A stretch of 62,969 nt of DNA from a virus, in IMG/VR virus record IMGVR_UViG_3300025000_000012, positions 1 through 62,969 of that record, one strand, 5' to 3'. Below, piece after piece: positions 1 to 8,503 of the stretch. Under the pieces are notes generated by a model. The model worked only from the letters and a program-made list of their open reading frames with translations. It did not search any database and had not been told where the DNA came from. A program made the position numbers and the translations under genes. Position 1 is the stretch's first letter, and the number at the start of each line of letters is the position of its first letter.

Positions 1-127
1 CCCCCTCCGCCTCTGCTGAAGTAGTACGCGCACCGCAGGGGGTTACTTCTACTGAGACCCCGACTCTTAAAGCTGCTAAGGCTAAAGTAGCAAAGAATAA
101 AAAAGCCACAGCACCTAAAGTCGCTAA
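1..127. repeat. Terminal overlap, an exact copy of 62843-62969 (circular closure of the contig or a short terminal redundancy)
   Basis: Bases 1-127 (ccccctccgcctctgctgaag...aaagtcgctaa) match 62843-62969 base for base. Offset is 62,842 bp. Confidence 0.95.
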
Positions 128-3100
128 GCCCAAGGTTGTCAAGCCTAGGGTTGCCAAAGTTGAGAAGCCCGCTAAAGCCGAGACGCCTAAGGTCGTCAAA
201 GCGGAGAAACCCGTTAAAACTGAGAAGCCCAAAATTGAGAAGCCTAAGGTCGCAGCTAAAGCAAAAGCTGTTGAGGAAAAGAAGACTGCTAAAGAGACTA
301 CTAAAGTCTTGAAGCAGAGTAATGACGAGCGCGCAGCCACTGCAGCTGCGAAGGCTACTGCTGATGCGTTAGCTAAAAATGAGTCCCAAGCTAAGAAGGA
401 CGCCGAGAAAGCAAAGGCCCGTGAAGAGCTCAAGGCGCGTATAACCCCTGAAAAATATAATGAGTATCTCTCTCTGGTTGACGAGATTACGAGCTATACT
501 ACTAAGATTAACAGGGCTGCTCAGAAAGGTGACTTCCAAACGGCCAAAGCCTTAGATCAGTCTAGAAAGATAGCTCAGGCTCGTGTAGCAGCTATAAAAA
601 GTGTACAAACGACCGTCACTGATCAGAAAAAAGATACTAATACGATTGATCAGGCCTCTTCGAAAGTTGAGCAAGACTCAAATGTACAGATTCAGAAAGG
701 GCAAGAAAAAGCGAGTGTAAATCAAGGCTCGCAAGGTAGTTCAGCAAAAGATGTAGAGTCTGAGTTGCAGACCAAACTCGGTGACACTTGGACCTCCCTC
801 AAAACGCTCGGAGCAGCTAAGAAACCCGGTGGTGTAACTATAGTTAATACTGTTCCAGAGGCTCTTGAAGCAATAGGCTCTACTGTTTCAAGACGGAGTG
901 CTAAAGATACTACGACTCAAGCGCTGTATAATCCTAACACCGGGTTATCTGCGATAATAGCTAACAATATTGAGGTAGCTGACGCAGAAGGAATACTGCT
1001 TCACGAAGCTAGTGTTCATGCAATAGAGAATTCTACCCTGGATATGGAAGCTCTGGCACTGTTTAATAATAATAGGCCAACTCCATTTATGCAGTACGTG
1101 GAAGATTCACTCCGCGCAGGTGGGCTCCTTGATGAAGATGGTAATGCTACTGACGCTAATGAGGTGCGCGCCTACATAGTTGAGCATGCTATTAACCTCA
1201 GTCCTCAAAAGACTGTTAACCAGAAGTTTTGGCAATGGCTCAGCTATAATCATCCTAGGATCGCCGCGTACTTGAAGAAAGTAGCTGCGGCTCTTGGGTC
1301 ACACTTTAAGAGTCTAGGTGTCAAGATAGACGAGGGACAGTTAAACGAGGGACAGTTAAACGCGGCAGTAGCTAGTCTTGCAAAAGAAGCTAGGGATGCC
1401 CTGGGTAACGCTGTAAAGACTAAAGACGCGCGGGCTGAAGTCCCTGTCGTAGCATCTGTTAAGGGCTATAAGGAGAACGAAGACGGTGTCTTAGTCAAAG
1501 GCGAAGCTCCAGTAAAACCTGAGAACGTAATACCTCTGAGCTCTGTTAAAGCAGAGAAACTCTCTAAGCAAGACGCCGAGGCTCTTAAAGTCCTTAAAAA
1601 CTTATTTCAGAGTAGACATAAGACTCTCGAGGAAGCCGCAGCTGAGGTTATAGATGACTTTGTTATCTCTACGTCAAATCCAGCCATGCGTAAATACTAT
1701 GAGCTTACGCAGCGGATTAGTAGTTATAAGAGAGACAAGAATAACCAGACGTCAACAGTTTTTGATCGGATAGTTAGCTCACCTGAGTTTTACTTCCCTA
1801 AGACTTCAGCGGGTAAAAAGATTCTGCAAGCCGCTGTTGATGACTCCGATATACGGTACCGTGCGCAGAAACAAGTGCTTGGTGATTTTCTGGATAAGGC
1901 GAACTTGATTCTTAAAAAGAAGCCTAAGGTTTACGCCGCAGTTAATAAGTATTTACTTGACACTGATAAAACCGGAGTAGGCTTCAAGCTTCGTAAAAAT
2001 GGTGAGACCTGGGAGGTTAGAGACCGTAAAGATAAAGTCGTCGCTACACATATGGACGAGGGCGCTGCAAATGCAGATCTTGTTAATGCTGAGCAGGAAT
2101 GGCTTAAGACGCAGCTTATATCAAAGGATGCGCGGGATCTGATTCTCGAAGCCCGGCTTCTTACCAACAGAGCTTTCGATATTCTTATTGCGGATATGCG
2201 TAAGCAGATTACTCGAGCTACTGAGAATGGACTTGACGAGCCCACCGCTATGTTCGTAGACGCGGATGGCAAGACTAATGAAGTATCGCTTACCGAGCTC
2301 ATCGCTAATATGGGTGATCTTCGAGGTACCTATTTTCCTCGTGAACGCGTAGCACGAAACTTTCATCTCGTAGCTGAACAAGAGGGTAAGCCTAGTATCC
2401 TCGAAACATTTGATTGGCACTTCGTTGAGAATGAACTTGGCAATAACCGTGTTCAGATGATGAAGCGTGCTTTTAATAACGCAGCTCCTGCTGGCCGACG
2501 ATACCAAGAGTTACTGAAAGCAGGTTACAAGGCTGAGAATATTAATATCAAGCCCGTGACTTCACCGACAGAGCTCTTATTTGACCTTCCAGGTGTTCTT
2601 GCTTCTCTCGACGCGATTTTTAGTTCTGCTACTGAGAAGATGAATATCGACAGTCTCGAAGAGTCTGATAAACTCTGGATGGGTACTGTTGATAAAGCCC
2701 TAGCTCTACGCGTTGCTGATATCTATAAGGCTAAGGGTAACTTTAGCTCTAGGATGTCTCGAGCTGATAAGCTATGGGAAGGGTATGAGCCTGACATGAT
2801 TCGTGCTCTTACAAGCTACGCTTCACGAGTATCTACGGGCGTAGCCAAGAGAACTACAGCTCGTAAAATGCTTGAGGCCCTAACTGGTCGAGGTGTATCC
2901 TGGAAGCAATACCAAGCACAAGCAGAGAAAGCTAAACAGAAGGTGACTTACCAGGATTACTTAGCATATGTTAAGTCTCAACGGGTAAGCCCGACACAGC
3001 AGAAGATGATGTATGAAGACCTGCGTCAGTACATCAAGTACTTCTTATCACCAGATGACGCGCTTGGTAGAGCTATAGGTTACTTTAAAGCTGCTACGGT

Positions 3101-4490
3101 TCTTAAGTACCTCGGCTTCCGTGTAGGCTCGGCCGCAGTTAATATGACAACCATGGCTATGTCCGTACCCGCTACGATCGCCGGACATACCGGGGCTAAT
3201 CTGTCAACAGTCTTTAAGAATATCGCTAGCGCTAGTAAGTCATACCTGGCGTACAAGCATAACCAGTTAATACAAAGGGGATATAAGTTTCTTGGTAAGC
3301 CTATGTTGGTGAATGAAGCTGACAACGCCATCCTGAATACGATTTATGATAATGGGTGGGCCGAGGCACAGTTCAATCATGACGCAGCTCAGGCTATGAC
3401 AGGTAAAGTCGGCGAGTCTATGAATAACCTCATGGCCGCTGCAATGTATATGTTCGGTGCAGTTGAAGAAGCAAACAGAGCTATAACGATTCTTGCAACT
3501 TACAAGTCTCAGCCTGCTACCCTGGGTATGGGCGATAAGCTGGAGCTCTCCAAGCATACCTCGGATAGAGCTCACGGCATTTACGGTAAAGCTGCGAAGC
3601 CTTGGCTGGTGCAGCGGTATAGATTCTTGGATGCTACGTATACGTTCCAGAAATTTCAGCATACGTACCATCTGAATATGCTCGAGCTCTTCGGAAAGTA
3701 TAAGTCCCCTAAGGCTGTAGCGTTTATGGGATTGATGCCACAGCTGGTAGCAGGAACCTCAGTGACCGCAACTCTCGGCTTTGCTATAGCTTCTCTGTTT
3801 GGCGCCGATGATCCAGAAGAAGAATACACAACTCTTCTGGCTAAGCTCCTTGGTGATAGTGACTTTGCTGAGTCATTTGCCAAGTTCGGTGTAGTAGGCG
3901 CTGCTTTGGGTGTTAACCTTAAAGGCTCACTTGAAGTTAAGTCGCCGTTCCCGTCTACCCTAAGCGAGCTCTTCGGTGCGCCACAGGCTCTCGTGACGGA
4001 CACTATAGAGGGTATAGGCGCTATATCCAGGGGTGAGGGTAGAAGAGGCGCTGAACAGCTTTTGCCTACCGCTTTAGCAGGACCGCTGAAAGGTCATCGA
4101 GAAATGACTGAGGGCGTCACCAAGAGTAATTACGCGCCGGTCTTTGATCAGGGTAATGTAGTTAAAGCGTCTCCAGTAGACTTCGCTAAACGGTTTCTTA
4201 GTTTTAATCCTACTGAGGTTTCTGATATACGAAACACCGCATGGAGGGCAGACGAGATTCGGCGTAAGTATACTACAGCGCGGAGTAAAGTCTCAGCTCG
4301 GTATAACAGACTTATTATCCAGAGAGTACCTGGAGATGATGCTCAGTGGGCTGAATTCTGGAAGTCGGTAGCTCAGTATAACAAGAAAGCGGCTCATGCT
4401 AATCCTAGATACATGATTCCATTCATTGACACGGATTGGCTCTCAGGTCAAGACAAGCGTAACTTCAAGCCTAACAAGTACACGAAGTAG
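3..4490 (+). CDS. Giant virion/ejection (polyvalent-type) protein, C-terminal 1,495 codons. Same ORF as 60760..62969 across the circular junction, 2,190 aa in total.
   Basis: The frame is open from base 3. The ORF-track start (TTG 309) is only the first start-like codon. After removing the 127-bp overlap the frame is continuous with 60760 (63151 and 60760 share phase). Contains a K/A/P basic tract, a coiled-coil-like region and hydrophobic helices near the C-terminus (VAFMGLMPQLVAGTSVTATLGFAIASLFG). Confidence 0.8.
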   Translation, partial: PSASAEVVRAPQGVTSTETPTLKAAKAKVAKNKKATAPKVAKPKVVKPRVAKVEKPAKAETPKVVKAEKPVKTEKPKIEKPKVAAKAKAVEEKKTAKETTKVLKQSNDERAATAAAKATADALAKNESQAKKDAEKAKAREELKARITPEKYNEYLSLVDEITSYTTKINRAAQKGDFQTAKALDQSRKIAQARVAAIKSVQTTVTDQKKDTNTIDQASSKVEQDSNVQIQKGQEKASVNQGSQGSSAKDVESELQTKLGDTWTSLKTLGAAKKPGGVTIVNTVPEALEAIGSTVSRRSAKDTTTQALYNPNTGLSAIIANNIEVADAEGILLHEASVHAIENSTLDMEALALFNNNRPTPFMQYVEDSLRAGGLLDEDGNATDANEVRAYIVEHAINLSPQKTVNQKFWQWLSYNHPRIAAYLKKVAAALGSHFKSLGVKIDEGQLNEGQLNAAVASLAKEARDALGNAVKTKDARAEVPVVASVKGYKENEDGVLVKGEAPVKPENVIPLSSVKAEKLSKQDAEALKVLKNLFQSRHKTLEEAAAEVIDDFVISTSNPAMRKYYELTQRISSYKRDKNNQTSTVFDRIVSSPEFYFPKTSAGKKILQAAVDDSDIRYRAQKQVLGDFLDKANLILKKKPKVYAAVNKYLLDTDKTGVGFKLRKNGETWEVRDRKDKVVATHMDEGAANADLVNAEQEWLKTQLISKDARDLILEARLLTNRAFDILIADMRKQITRATENGLDEPTAMFVDADGKTNEVSLTELIANMGDLRGTYFPRERVARNFHLVAEQEGKPSILETFDWHFVENELGNNRVQMMKRAFNNAAPAGRRYQELLKAGYKAENINIKPVTSPTELLFDLPGVLASLDAIFSSATEKMNIDSLEESDKLWMGTVDKALALRVADIYKAKGNFSSRMSRADKLWEGYEPDMIRALTSYASRVSTGVAKRTTARKMLEALTGRGVSWKQYQAQAEKAKQKVTYQDYLAYVKSQRVSPTQQKMMYEDLRQYIKYFLSPDDALGRAIGYFKAATVLKYLGFRVGSAAVNMTTMAMSVPATIAGHTGANLSTVFKNIASASKSYLAYKHNQLIQRGYKFLGKPMLVNEADNAILNTIYDNGWAEAQFNHDAAQAMTGKVGESMNNLMAAAMYMFGAVEEANRAITILATYKSQPATLGMGDKLELSKHTSDRAHGIYGKAAKPWLVQRYRFLDATYTFQKFQHTYHLNMLELFGKYKSPKAVAFMGLMPQLVAGTSVTATLGFAIASLFGADDPEEEYTTLLAKLLGDSDFAESFAKFGVVGAALGVNLKGSLEVKSPFPSTLSELFGAPQALVTDTIEGIGAISRGEGRRGAEQLLPTALAGPLKGHREMTEGVTKSNYAPVFDQGNVVKASPVDFAKRFLSFNPTEVSDIRNTAWRADEIRRKYTTARSKVSARYNRLIIQRVPGDDAQWAEFWKSVAQYNKKAAHANPRYMIPFIDTDWLSGQDKRNFKPNKYTK

Positions 4491-4522
4491 TACAAGATAG
4501 GTATAATATTTTACTAGAAGTA

Positions 4523-4551
4523 TTTACTTCTGGTCAAAAACTTGGTATAAT
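4523..4551 (+). promoter_or_regulatory. sigma70-type promoter, TTTACT-N17-TATAAT with TG-extended -10
   Basis: -35 TTTACT at 4523-4528, 17-nt spacer, TGGTATAAT ending at 4551. GTCCTtacAGGAC hairpin at 4561-4573. Sits upstream of the 4609 gene. Confidence 0.7.
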
Positions 4552-4608
4552 CAAAATAAAGTCCTTACAGGACTACGCGGAGTTTAATAAACTTAGGAGG
4601 CTTATCTG

Positions 4609-4965
4609 ATGGATGCTTTTAGAATTACTCCGGACCTTGCTGGCGGAACCGCTTTATCCGGTACTGAGGCTATAGACCTTACTGTACAAGTTCCTTTTAC
4701 ATATAGACTCGCAGAGGCTCGGCTTACTCTTGGTGCGGTGTCTGCAGACCTCGGTGACCTGTCAATTACACTCGACTCTGAACTTGGTGCTGGGTTTGAT
4801 AATGTTATATCAACTCCTGATCCAGATGAGGACCTAGCCGCAACTACGAGCTTCCGGTACGCCGATATAGTTCCGCCTATTATCTTTCCAGGTGATGCTA
4901 TTAAAATAGCTTGGCCAAATGTAGGTGGTAAAGCCTGGGCTCTTGACATCATCGGCGTAAGATAA
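4609..4965 (+). CDS. Hypothetical virion-associated protein (118 aa)
   Basis: ATG with AGGAGG (4595-4600) 8 nt upstream. First gene after the 4.5-kb promoter. No recognisable motif. Confidence 0.7.
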   Translation: MDAFRITPDLAGGTALSGTEAIDLTVQVPFTYRLAEARLTLGAVSADLGDLSITLDSELGAGFDNVISTPDPDEDLAATTSFRYADIVPPIIFPGDAIKIAWPNVGGKAWALDIIGVR

Positions 4966-4978
4966 GCTAAGGAGCTCT

Positions 4979-6736
4979 ATGAATATAATAGCTCCAGAAA
5001 GACCTCGTAGATTAATGACCAATGGTCGTGGATCCGGGGTCTATAATGGTTTACGTAAAGTTGGCGGTTATCCATCCGACCTGCTCTACTACTACTCCCT
5101 CTCGCCGACAGTCACAGACGCCAACGCCCTCCGCCCACGCAAGGGTGACCCACTCACTTACAGTGAGACCGCAGACACCCCAGACCGTGACGGCGTAGAC
5201 TCCCCCGGACCGCATGTCTATTTCAGCCCTGAAGGTTATCTCTGGGGCATCGGAGGGCAGGTTGTGGCAGGGCAGGAAATCAGCAAGGTAATGACGGATG
5301 CGGAGTTGGCTGCGCTTGGCTCCGGTATTTATACACAGTTTATTCCACACTCTGAGCCAAGTTTGTTGGTGCAGTTTTCGTCTCAGATCGGCATTTCTAT
5401 TGCGGCGTCTGCTGGAGAGATGGCAGCGCTTGCGGAAAACGTGATTGTTTTTGGGGACAATTCCACTCAAAGGCTGGCGTATCAGGACATAGACAACGTG
5501 TCAACATCCCAGATTATCTCTGCATACGTGTCAATGGATGACGGGAACGCGCCAGTTATCGGGAGTTCTATATCGACAGGGGATTTTTCCCTTGTAGCAA
5601 ACTCAACAATACTTGCTATCGGCGTAACTATAACGCACGTCTCAGGGAGTATTTACCGTGTGTCAGCAACCCGGGCAGCTACTGGAGTCGGGGCTAAATT
5701 CGGCATTGCTAAATATGTAGGGCAATCTGCGCGGTCGTTTAAAATCACCAGGATCAACGTCACACGTACCGGAAGTTTGGAAGAGTATGTTAAAACGATT
5801 GGTGTGGCAGCGACCGGCGGCAAAGCAGTGATGACGGTATCCTGCCTGATCGTTCCAGGGTTCAACGGCGCAGATCTTCCTGACAATACGTTCAATATCC
5901 CTGTGATGGCAGCAAACGGAGTTGCAGGGTATGTGCCTATAGGTATGGCCAAATCAGGGTCAAGCATGACCGTGGTATCCAGCGATGGCGTGTCCTTCGC
6001 AAGCATGGCAGCATCTGTCAATGACGGCGAACCTCTCCTTGTCTGCATGAGGACGAGTGCTGACGGGACACAGTTTCAGGTCGGCTCAAGGCTCTACAAT
6101 CCTGATATGTCACCTGACGATGCGTCCATAGTTTGGGGAAGTCTGACAACCTCTGACGGCCAGTTTGACCCGATTGAGAGTTTTCAGATATTCCTCGACA
6201 CGCTACATGAAACCTACGTGCGGATGATTCAGATCTGGAACAAATCATGCACGGATGCTGAGATACTGAAATATGTGCCTGGGGTGCAGGAGGTTGAATT
6301 TCCAACTGAGGACCTTGTGGCTGCATTTTGGGTCGCAAACAATTTGGTTGATAGTATCGGCTTATTGAGCATTACCATGACAACCGGAACGATTGCAGAT
6401 TTGCCGAATGCAACGTGGGGCTTCCCTTCCGATGCGGCCACACTACAAGCTGACTCAGACCTCGGAGGTGATGCCTTCTTCGACTCAGCTAATGCGATGG
6501 CTCCGATAGTCAGGTCAGGCGCTGAGTGGTACGCGCTGCTCAACGAGACACACGTCTGGATTGGGTTTCATCTGACGAGAGGCGGGATTGTTATCTATAC
6601 GAACAGCATGGCAGCTAAAGAGACTCAGATACTGAATTACCTTGGACGGTATTCTCCCGTTGTGAGCTTCAACGAGCTGACAGAAGAACAATTCAATGCG
6701 CTGACAGAAGAACAATTCAATAATCTGAGTATTTGA
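4979..6736 (+). CDS. Putative tail fibre / receptor-binding protein (585 aa)
   Basis: AAGGAG at 4969-4974 before the ATG. Long ORF in a visibly GC-richer block. C-terminal tandem LTEEQFNxL repeat (24-bp period, 6677-6721). Function inferred from position only. Confidence 0.6.
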   Translation: MNIIAPERPRRLMTNGRGSGVYNGLRKVGGYPSDLLYYYSLSPTVTDANALRPRKGDPLTYSETADTPDRDGVDSPGPHVYFSPEGYLWGIGGQVVAGQEISKVMTDAELAALGSGIYTQFIPHSEPSLLVQFSSQIGISIAASAGEMAALAENVIVFGDNSTQRLAYQDIDNVSTSQIISAYVSMDDGNAPVIGSSISTGDFSLVANSTILAIGVTITHVSGSIYRVSATRAATGVGAKFGIAKYVGQSARSFKITRINVTRTGSLEEYVKTIGVAATGGKAVMTVSCLIVPGFNGADLPDNTFNIPVMAANGVAGYVPIGMAKSGSSMTVVSSDGVSFASMAASVNDGEPLLVCMRTSADGTQFQVGSRLYNPDMSPDDASIVWGSLTTSDGQFDPIESFQIFLDTLHETYVRMIQIWNKSCTDAEILKYVPGVQEVEFPTEDLVAAFWVANNLVDSIGLLSITMTTGTIADLPNATWGFPSDAATLQADSDLGGDAFFDSANAMAPIVRSGAEWYALLNETHVWIGFHLTRGGIVIYTNSMAAKETQILNYLGRYSPVVSFNELTEEQFNALTEEQFNNLSI

Positions 6737-6743
6737 GGGCATT

Positions 6744-7697
6744 ATGAAAAAAAGAATATTATGTGGACTCACCCTACTTCTTCTGGCCAGTCCGGTACAT
6801 GCAGACCAGATTACTTTGCACGAAACTATTGCTGATCTTGGTGGACCCTTTGGGAATGATTTCAACCTAACAATGTTTGAAAACTGGATCAACCAGGGCT
6901 TGATGAACACCGAAATTTATGGCCTGGCTGCTGATATCCAAACATCTCTTGGGATTGCAGCAGGAGTAGAACATTTTGGGACGTTCACCGGGGCAGTAAT
7001 TACCGACAACCAAACGCTTAAAACAGTGCTTCAGGAACTCGAAACAGCCGTTGAGGGTATAGAGGTCGGTGGGCTTGCTGATCTTGATGACCTCCCCGGC
7101 GATACGGTTGATGATAACCTGATAGATTTTGCATTGCTTGAAGGTGTCCAAGAAAGTCTCCCCACATGCACTATAGATACGGAGATGCTCGAATGGGATA
7201 CCACAACCTCGGCTTGGGTATGTGTTGCTCTGCCATCTATTGAGGTCCAAAAAACGGCACCACTTACCGTCGGGGATAACAATGTAGTCGGGTCAACTTT
7301 AGCCTTGATTGGAGATACAGACGGAGACGGCAAGGCCAATGTTCTCGACATGGGCGCAGGGATGGTCAAGACTGATGCGGATGGGGTCGTCTCGGCAATC
7401 ACTCCAGGCACAGGAGTGGAAACATTTATTGTCACTCCCTCAACAACGAACTTCTTCTCAATGTTGACCGGAGAAGGGGCGTTTGCTGCGACCTTGTTTG
7501 GCTATGCAGATGCCGGGGAAGTAAGAACCGGATTAAGTCTTGTCCCCGGAACAAATGTCCAGGTGTATGATGTGGACCTTGATGACCTCGCAGACGGTTC
7601 ACTCACAGCCAGTAAGGTTGGCGATGGCCTCTATGTAGCCGATGACTGCACCTCTGTATCAACTCCTGCAACGGGGGCAATATGTTTCGAATATTAA
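6744..7697 (+). CDS. Tail-fibre-like protein with N-terminal signal-peptide-like segment (317 aa)
   Basis: N-terminus MKKRILCGLTLLLLASPVHA|DQ. Segment HFGTFTGAVITDNQTLKTVLQELETAVE resembles a motif I recall from phage fibre proteins. Confidence 0.6.
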   Translation: MKKRILCGLTLLLLASPVHADQITLHETIADLGGPFGNDFNLTMFENWINQGLMNTEIYGLAADIQTSLGIAAGVEHFGTFTGAVITDNQTLKTVLQELETAVEGIEVGGLADLDDLPGDTVDDNLIDFALLEGVQESLPTCTIDTEMLEWDTTTSAWVCVALPSIEVQKTAPLTVGDNNVVGSTLALIGDTDGDGKANVLDMGAGMVKTDADGVVSAITPGTGVETFIVTPSTTNFFSMLTGEGAFAATLFGYADAGEVRTGLSLVPGTNVQVYDVDLDDLADGSLTASKVGDGLYVADDCTSVSTPATGAICFEY

Positions 7698-8503
7698 TCA
7701 CCATACTGCTTTGCCTCGGGCTGACATCTCCCGCACTGGCATCAAAGCGCTGGAACGGTTCGGCGTGGGTTGATACGACTGCCAGGCGCTGGGATGGTGA
7801 TTCGTGGGAGGCTGTCGTTGAGAAGCGCTGGGATGGTGATTCGTGGGAGGTTATATCTGGCGGCGAGGCCGATTACTGCGCCGACAAACTCGGCTCCTAC
7901 TCACTTTATTACGATGCTGACCACCCAGACGGGACAACCACGGCGTGTATCTCAGGCGGAACTACCGCCGTAACTATTTCCGGGGTTACTGTCGATGCGT
8001 CTGCAAATATGACGAGCGGAGGAACATACGGGATAATATGGGACGGGGCATTAGATCATTTCCTGAGCATCCCGGCAGTTGGGATAACTCCATCAAACGG
8101 AAGGATTGAACTAAATTTTAAATTCAACTCCGCCGAAGCCTCGGCAAATGTAGGAATAATCGAGTGGAGATATTCGTCAGGAGAGCGTATAAAAGTTAAT
8201 CTTGTGCGCTCGGCTGGCCCGGTTTGGAAATTAGAACTTTTTCACGCAGATGGGTCAAATGTATCAGTTTACACAGCAGACACCGACCTGACCTCAGGGA
8301 CAGCAGTGCTTATAATACTCGATTGGTCCAGTAGTACCGGCAATCTGTTTGCGTCGCTAAATGGAGTGAGTGCAACTATTGCCGGGGGCGGGGCATTTAC
8401 AACTCCGGCTACTGGCGTGATACTCGGCGAGGATTTGAGCGGGAGTACATCCTCCACTGCTGTGAGTTTTGACGATATAAAACTTTCTGGGTCACAGCAA
8501 TGA
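7682..8503 (+). CDS. Signal-peptide-bearing protein with RW(N/D)GxxW repeats and a possible LamG/concanavalin-like C-terminal region (273 aa)
   Basis: N-terminus MFRILITILLCLGLTSPALA. Repeats KRWNGSAW / RRWDGDSWE / KRWDGDSWE. The fold assignment of the C-terminal part is an inference. Confidence 0.6.
   Translation: MFRILITILLCLGLTSPALASKRWNGSAWVDTTARRWDGDSWEAVVEKRWDGDSWEVISGGEADYCADKLGSYSLYYDADHPDGTTTACISGGTTAVTISGVTVDASANMTSGGTYGIIWDGALDHFLSIPAVGITPSNGRIELNFKFNSAEASANVGIIEWRYSSGERIKVNLVRSAGPVWKLELFHADGSNVSVYTADTDLTSGTAVLIILDWSSSTGNLFASLNGVSATIAGGGAFTTPATGVILGEDLSGSTSSTAVSFDDIKLSGSQQ
7786..7850 (+). repeat. 39-bp-period direct repeat (2 copies of gcgctgggatggtgattcgtgggagg)
   Basis: Identical 26-mers at 7786-7811 and 7825-7850, encoding RWDGDSWE twice. 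Confidence 0.9.

Noticed and set aside
1-127. 127-bp terminal direct repeat as a physical DTR of the virion DNA
   Set aside because: A short exact overlap that cuts through the middle of a gene is what an assembler produces for a circular or circularly permuted genome. A true packaging terminus cannot be inferred from it. The real ends need read-start analysis.
1002-1019. HEASVH in the giant protein as a zincin metallopeptidase site
   Set aside because: The spacing is HExxxH, not the canonical HExxH, and no downstream third ligand motif was recognised. Left unassigned.
3-4490. Giant virion protein as an N4-like or crAss-like virion RNA polymerase (prompted by the N4-type capsid and the promoter-like 20-mer)
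   Set aside because: I looked for ordered T7-type motifs (DxxGR, motif A Asp, motif B R..K..YG, motif C HD) and for a DxDxD/NADFDGD-type loop. I found only isolated look-alikes in the wrong order (LTGRG, NHDA, IYGK, VDADG). Nothing supportable without profile searches.
4530-4538. 9-mer CTGGTCAAA recurring at 4530, 41544 and 42215, always plus strand and upstream of late genes
   Set aside because: It is too short to separate from chance without a genome-wide count. At 4530 it is simply the promoter spacer. Noted only as a possible activator half-site.
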